Positions 57,573-64,000 of a DNA stretch of 64,000 bases are shown here, piece by piece. The notes beneath the pieces are model-generated. The model did not search any database. It was not told the DNA's origin and worked only from the letters and a program-made list of their open reading frames with translations. The stretch covers positions 440,076,001-440,140,000 of the forward strand of contig NW_027362765.1 in NCBI RefSeq assembly GCF_046119375.1, read 5' to 3'. The position numbers were made by a program, and so were the translations under genes. The DNA comes from Phyllobates terribilis. Taxonomy: Eukaryota. Within the stretch, counting starts at the first letter, position 1. Each line of letters starts with the position of its first letter.

Positions 57573-60500
57573 TGACGCGCCCCTGGGCCTGTGTCGCGCT
57601 GCGTTGCGCACGCGGGAGCTTACCCGGAGCCGGATCTCTTGAGGGTTGTAGTCTCGTGGCGGTGATCCGGTCCGTGCCCAGGGAGTCAGACTAAGTGGCG
57701 CTGTATTAGCGGTAGATGTTGGACGACTACGCCACCCGTTGAGTACAGCTAAGGAGCTGCTGCTGCAGGGCAGACCGCTGAGGCCGGTGGTAGGATTATG
57801 CAGCGTGATAGTATAACCCCCAACGGGAGGGGTATGGCCTCAGGGCAGCCGACGTGGATGATGGGGGTAGCAGGAACCACTCGGAGACGGTACGGTGTAG
57901 TTCAGGGTCTTTACTGGTGACAAAGATAGACCCTCCCGGAGTACTGGCTAGCGATTGGGGCCTGGTCAGTCCTTGAGCAGATGGGAACTCCCCTGGCCAG
58001 GCGGAGTTGTAGGCCTCCCAAACTAACGATACTCTTCCGGCTACCTTGCTAGGGGCGGGTATAAGTAGCCCACGTCCCTGAGTGTACCGTGTGGTGCTCA
58101 CCCGTATGGCCGGTGACTCGGGGCCTTCTAGTAGCTTCCGCTCCACGACGGCGGTGCTGGTCCCACGCGTGTGACCGTGCCTTCGGGTTTCTGGGCCAGA
58201 GGACCTGCAATCCCCTGCCGGTCGGTTTCTGCTGCTGGATAGGAGTTAGTCCCCACAGCTTCGGACTCCGGGTCCGGTAAGATATCTTCTCAGTCAGGGC
58301 GAGCTCTGCAGCTGCCAGCCCCTGACTCCTTGTAACACTTCTCCCACAGAGCTCCTGTTGTTTCTTCCCATAGCTGCTTCTCTTCTCTGCCTCTACTTCT
58401 GGCATGGCCCAGGAGCTGGGCCCAGCCGGTGCCACAGCTCCCTGTCAGCCCTCCTGGCTGAACTCTCCCTCTGAACTCCCTCACCCTGCCTCAGCCCCAG
58501 GTTTATATAGGGGAAGTTCTTCCCCTCCCAGGACTGGGCAGGAGGTGTGGCATGCACAGGATCCCTGACCAAGAGACCTCCCACCTGCTCTCAGACATAA
58601 CATTGCTGTTACTGTGGAAACCAGACCCCTGGGGTGCCACATTCCCCCCTAGTGAAATTTAGTACTCCGGGACTAAACATATTTTTAGAAAAACATAACA
58701 AGGTATAAACAATAATAATACAATAAGAAAAACACATAAAGATGGTTACGGCATGTCCGCAACCGGGTTCAGTCTTTGAAGAAAAGCAAGGTGTCCATTT
58801 CACCAAAACAGGGAGACGTAACCAGGTAGGGGTCTGTCCTGCCCCGAGTCCTTAACAGTCTTTAGTCCATTCCTGGGTTACGCTCCAACCATGTACAAAG
58901 GATTCCCGGTAAATCCACCAAAGACTCCCATAAATTACTGGAAACACATAATTATTTACAGGATATGGCCGCTCTCAGTCCTCGGCCAGTGGGGATAAGG
59001 AATGGCTGCTCACAGTCCTCAGCCTGGTTTAAGATAGGGGCACATGGGGAACAATTCACTAATCCCAACGGGGACCATATTTTAATTAGCAGCAGTCCTT
59101 GTACCCTTACGGGTAACTATTTACAGCTCTTTATTCACGCTACTTCCCTTCAGTAGCTATGTCCTCTTTGTGCTCCCTCCTGAGGGTAGTCCTCAGACCC
59201 GTCCGGGTCCTCTTGGCTTTCCTCGTATTGGTAGTACTGCAGCTCCTCCTCGGTTAGCTGGGTTAGTATCTCTGCGACAGTCCTCCTCCCAGGTGGCCAG
59301 GACTTTACCTCCCTTTGGGCTGCCCCGGTTAATTGGGCCACCAGGATGCTCACTTTTTGCTCTTCTGTGAGGGGGTACACCTGGAAGAGGCTATCCAGCT
59401 TTTCACTAAAGTCATTCAGGGTATGTGACTCCCCTGAGTATTGGGGTAGCCAGGCTGCTCCCGGGATATAGGGCATGGTAAAAGGCATGACTGCAGCAGC
59501 GCTGGCGCTGGCGGGGGTTGAGGCAGTGAAGCTCTCCTCCGTATCCGACATCTTCCTCCCCCCTAGTGGACCGTGGCCTACCTTGCGATGATCCTCTTCC
59601 GTAGGCCGCGGCTCCGCAGTGGATCGTCAGGGTCGAGGACCTTCCGTCGCGCTCCTGTGACGTCAGCGTCTGCTGGGCTCCTTCCAGGACCTTACGCGAC
59701 GTCTGGACGTGAGGCGGGGCTTCAGTTCTCGCGCGCTTTTGGAGTCCACGCCCCTCTTCTTCCCGCGCGGCGTCTTCAAGATGGCGTCCAACGGCGGGAA
59801 AACTCCACGGAAGGCAGGAAGAAGGCTGAAAATGGCGCCGGATGGCGGGAATCTTCACCAATGGCGGGAAGAAGGCTGAAGATGGCGCCGGATGGCGGGA
59901 ATCTTCACCACTGGTAAGTTTGAACAGTCTTTTTCAGGCATGCAGTACCCGGTGGTTGCGGGCACGAGATCCTGCCAACTACGCCAAAAGTTGACGCGCC
60001 CCTGGGCCTGTGTCGCGCTGCGTTGCGCACGCGGGAGCTTACCCGGAGCCGGATCTTTTGAGGGTTGTAGTCTCGTGGCGGTGATCCGGTCCGTGCCCAG
60101 GGAGTCAGACTAAGTGGCGCTGTATTAGCGGTAGATGTTGGACGACTACGCCACCCGTTGAGTACAGCTAAGGAGCTGCTGCTGCAGGGCAGACCGCTGA
60201 GGCCGGTGGTAGGATTATGCAGCGTGATAGTATAACCCCCAACGGGAGGGGTATGGCCTCAGGGCAGCCGACGTGGATGATGGGGGTAGCAGGAACCACT
60301 CGGAGACGGTACGGTGTAGTTCAGGGTCTTTACTGGTGACAAAGATAGACCCTCCCAGAGTACTGGCTAGCGATTGGGGCCTGGTCAGTCCTTGAGCAGA
60401 TGGGATCTCCCCTGGCCAGGCGGAGTTGTAGGCCTCCCAAACTAACGATACTCTTCCGGCTACCTTGCTAGGGGCGGGTATAAGTAGCCCACGTCCCTGA

Positions 60501-61060
60501 GTGTACCGTGTGGTGCTCACCCGTATGGCCGGTGACTCGGGGCCTTCTAGTAGCTTCCGCTCCACGACGGCGGTGCTGGTCCCACGCGTGTGACCGTGCC
60601 TTCGGGTTTCTGGGCCAGAGGACCTGCAATCCCCTGCCGGACGGTTTCTGCTGCTGGATAGGAGTTAGTCCCCACAGCCTCGGACTCCGGGTCCGGTAAG
60701 AAATCTTCTCAGTCAGGGCGAGCTCTGCAGCTGCCAGCCCCTGACTCCTTGTAACACTGCTCCCACAGAGCTCCTGTTGTTTCTTCCCATAGCTGCTTCT
60801 CTTCTCTGCCTCTACTTCTGGCATGGCCCAGGAGCTGGGCCAAGCCGGAGCCACAGCTCCCTGTCAACCCTCCTGGCTGAACTCTCCCTCTGAACTCCCT
60901 CACCCTGCCTCAGCCCCAGGTTTATATAGGGGAAGTTCTTCCCCTCCCAGGACTGGGCAGGAGGTGTGGCATGCACAGGATCCCTGACCAAGAGACCTCC
61001 CACCTGCTCTCAGACATAACATTGCTGTTACTGTGGAAACCAGACCCCTGGGGTGCCACA
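57573..61060 (-). mobile_element. Element D: non-autonomous mosaic of C-like and X1/X2-like sequence
   Basis: 1069-bp LTRs 57573-58641 and 59992-61060 (about 10 differences by eye); 4-bp TSD CAGT; PBS with one mismatch 59969-59986; PPT 58642-58650. Confidence 0.95.
59150..59551 (-). CDS. In-frame fusion: C-like Gag N-terminus plus the acidic tail of the CSD protein (133 aa)
   Basis: AAAVMPFTMPYIPGAAWLPQYSGESHTLNDF...VKSWPPGR matches C Gag. LTEEELQYYQYEESQEDPDGSEDY matches the X1/X2 tail (LTEEEL..QEDPDGSE). Confidence 0.75.
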   Translation of the reverse strand: MSDTEESFTASTPASASAAAVMPFTMPYIPGAAWLPQYSGESHTLNDFSEKLDSLFQVYPLTEEQKVSILVAQLTGAAQREVKSWPPGRRTVAEILTQLTEEELQYYQYEESQEDPDGSEDYPQEGAQRGHSY

Positions 61061-61276
61061 CAGTCATCAAAGCAAAAGGTGGCTACTTTGAAGAACCTAG
61101 AATATGAGACATATTTTCAGTTGTTTCACACTTTTTTGCTAAGTATATAATTCCACATGTGTTAATTCATAGTTTTGATGCCTTCAGTGTGAATGTACAA
61201 TTCTCATAGTCATGAAAATACAGAAAAATCTTTAAATGAGAAGGTGTGTCCAAACTTTTGGTCTGTACTATATACA

Positions 61277-61328
<52 letters not shown>

Positions 61329-61873
61329 ATTATCTAACAACATATACATGATAAAACACAATTAAGAAGTACTTTCTGTTAATTCATTGAGATCTTCAGG
61401 AGTTAGAGGGGATGTCGGCCTTAGGCTACAAGTCTGCAGTCACTCCTGCACTCTGCGCTGTATGTTCTGGTGCTGAGAGCAAGTGATTATGTGACCGCAA
61501 GTAAGCGATTTGCATACTTCTGGCCACATTCCGACTAGACGTGCCTGGCATTGCTCAATGCACTTGCATTGAGCGAGGCCGTGCTTATCTGGTGGGCACG
61601 TGACCGCATGTATGCAAATACGTGCCAGCTGCTGATGCCGACACTGGAGAATCCTCACAGCAAACACTACAATACATCAAGCATGTGACAGCTGCAGCCA
61701 ATCACTTGTCTCAGCGGTTATGCATTTTATGTTTAGGCTTGGCCACAATGGACAATGATTGGTTGCAGAGGTCATGTACATGATGTATGGCACATGATTG
61801 CTGCAATAAGTAAGCAGATACAGGCAGGTACCACCGCAGCGACAGTGCTGGAATAGAAATATATAAGAATTTA

Positions 61874-63454
61874 CACTGCTCAAAAAAATAAAGGGAACAG
61901 TTAAACAACAGAATATAACTCCAAGTAAATCAAACTTCTGTGAAATCAAACTGTCCACTTAGGAAGCAACACTGACTGACAATCAATTTCACATGCTGTT
62001 GTGCAAATGGAATAGACAATAGATGGAAATTATTGGCAATTATCAAGACACCCTCAATAAAGGAGTGGTTCTGCAGGTGGGGACCACAGACCACATCTCA
62101 GTACCAATGCTTTCTGGCTGATGTTTTGGTCACTTTTGAATGTTGGTTGTGCTTTCACACTCGTGGTAGCATAAGACGGACTCTACAACCCACAGAAGTT
62201 GCTCAGGTAGTGCAGCTCATCCAGGATGGCACATCAATGTGAGCTGCGGCAAGAAGATTTGCTGTGTCTGTCAGCGTAGTGTCCAGAGCCTGGAGGCGCT
62301 ACCAGTAGACAGGCCAGTACACCAGGAGACATGGAGGGGGCCGTAGGAGGGCAACAACCCAGCAGCAGGACCGCTACCTCCGCATTTGTGCAAGGAGGAA
62401 GAGGAGGAGCACTGTCAGAGCCCTGCAAAATGACCTCCAGCAGGCCACAAATTTGCATGTGTCTGCACAAACGATTAGAAACCGACTCCATGAGGGTGGT
62501 ATGAGGGCCCGGCGTCCACAGATGGGGGTTGTGCTCACAGCCCAACACCGTGCAGGACGCTTGGCATTTGCCACAGAACACCAGGATTGGCAAAGTCGCC
62601 TCTGGCGCCCTGTGCTCTTCACAGATGAAAGCAGGTTCACACTGAGCACATGTGACAGACGTGACAGAGTCTGGAGACGCCGTGGACAGCGATCTGCTGC
62701 CTGCAACATCCTTCAGCATGACCGCTTTGGCAGTGGGTCAGTAATGGTGTGGGGTGGCATTTCTTTGGAGGGCCGCACAGCCCTCCATATGCTCGCCAGA
62801 GGTAGCCTGACTGCCATTAGGTACTGAGATGAGATCCTCAGACCCCTTGTGAGACCATATGCTGGTGCGGTTGGCCCTGGGTTCCTCCTAATGCAGGACA
62901 ATGCCAGACCTCATGTGGTTGGAGTGTGTCAGCAGTTCCTGCAAGATAAAGGCATTGAAGCTGTGGACTGGCCCGCCCGTTCCTCAGGCCTGAATCCGAT
63001 TGAGCACATCTGGGACATCATGTCTCGCTCCATCCACCAACGTCACGTTGCACCACAGACTGTCCAGGAGTTGGCGGATGCTTTAGTCCTGGTCTGGGAG
63101 GAGATCCCACAGGAGACCATCCGCAACCTCATCAGGAGCATGCCCAGACGTTGTAGGGAGGTCATACAGGCACGTGGAGGCCACACACAATACTGAGCCT
63201 CATTTTGACTTGTTTTAAGGACATTACATCAAAGTTGGATCAGCCTGTAGTGTGTTTTTCCACTTTAATTTTGGGGGTGACTCCAAATCCAGGCCTCCAT
63301 TGGTTAATAAATTTGATTTCCATTGATGATTTTTGTGTGATTTTATTGTCAGCATATTCAACTTTGTACAGAACAAAGTATTCAATGAGAATATTTCATT
63401 CATTCAGATCTAGGATGTGTTATTTGAGTGTTCCCTTTATTTTTTGGAGCAGTG
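61874..63454 (+). mobile_element. Tc1 family H copy 2, full length (1581 bp), decayed
   Basis: TA-CACTGCTCAAAAAAATAAAGGGAAC...GTTCCCTTTATTTTTTGGAGCAGTG-TA; transposase split by stops (ORFs 62453-62827 and 62849-63196). Confidence 0.95.
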
Positions 63455-64000
63455 TATTTTGTAGCAGTTATTTATTTTGTATTTTTAAAAACATATGTGA
63501 GGGTGGCCACATCGGAGGCCCACATGTCTTTCCTGCACTCTCTGTATATACAGTCCAGCAGCGTGGGCAGAGGCAATGAATGAGGGATTGGTCAGAGAAA
63601 TATCTAATACAATTTCCAGGAAGCGTAGTAGGATAGCCTTCTCTTCTAGAGACCAGAGAATGACGGGGGAGCTGCATTAGGAGCATTAGGGATTTGTACA
63701 CATCTTACCTTATCTAGGTCATTAGCAAAATGAGAGCTGACATTAAATCTGCCACCGTCAGCTGATTATGACCAAGTCTACACAGCAAAGCTGGTAAGTA
63801 ACCAACAGAAAGCAGGGAAAATCTGTTTAAGGTAACTGCTCAAGCTTTGTTGTGTGAAAACTGTAAAACATTTTTTTACCTAAAAAGTAACCAAATATAA
63901 AGAAAACATGAAAATAAAAAATATATATCTTTGTAATAAAATCCTGATTTAATTATGTCATTTTTGGATGATACGTTCCCTTTATAGAAACACAGCATCA

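Larger units (their letters stand above)
56151..61270 (+). mobile_element. Element G: Tc1 family A, full length, interrupted by D; TIRs about 268 bp
   Basis: TA-CAGTACAGTCCAAAAGTTTGG...CCAAACTTTTGGTCTGTAC; transposase 56565-57572 plus 61065-61107, with N-terminal stop/frameshift; DD34E motifs WSDE, QQDNDPKH, SPDLNPIE. Confidence 0.93.

Noticed and set aside
63700-63800. Splice-donor-like GGTAAGT (plus) and GGTAAGA (minus)
   Set aside because: Candidate exons have stops in all frames; no gene context.

Overview
Vertebrate nuclear DNA, most likely frog (inferred from T2/Kolobok-type TTAA MITEs, frog-style hAT and Tc1 elements and sushi-type chromoviruses). I found no supportable host gene. The window is a nested pile of transposons. 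(1) Tc1/mariner: several Tc1 families, one DD41D (rosa/Visitor-type) fragment and a foldback MITE made from two transposase 3' ends. (2) A decayed hAT element (about 7.8-26.5 kb) that received two sushi/Tf1-type chromovirus insertions (A and B); a third chromovirus (F) is at 37-43 kb. In all three, the sequence after the 5' LTR is complementary to the predicted transcript start, indicating self-priming. (3) A tRNA-Ser-primed Ty3/Gypsy family with 1.0-1.3 kb LTRs: near-intact autonomous element C (46.4-54.5 kb), solo LTR E, and three non-autonomous members (X1, X2, D). X1 has no gag or pol and instead carries one long ORF ending in a clear cold-shock domain (CSD). X2 and D carry gag 5' ends fused to the 3' end of a related CSD gene. 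X1 and X2 differ mostly at synonymous sites over the shared segment. The most interesting result is this apparent helper/satellite LTR system carrying a CSD RNA-binding protein. It also has a conserved second tRNA-Ser-complementary motif inside every LTR. All alignments and counts were done by eye.
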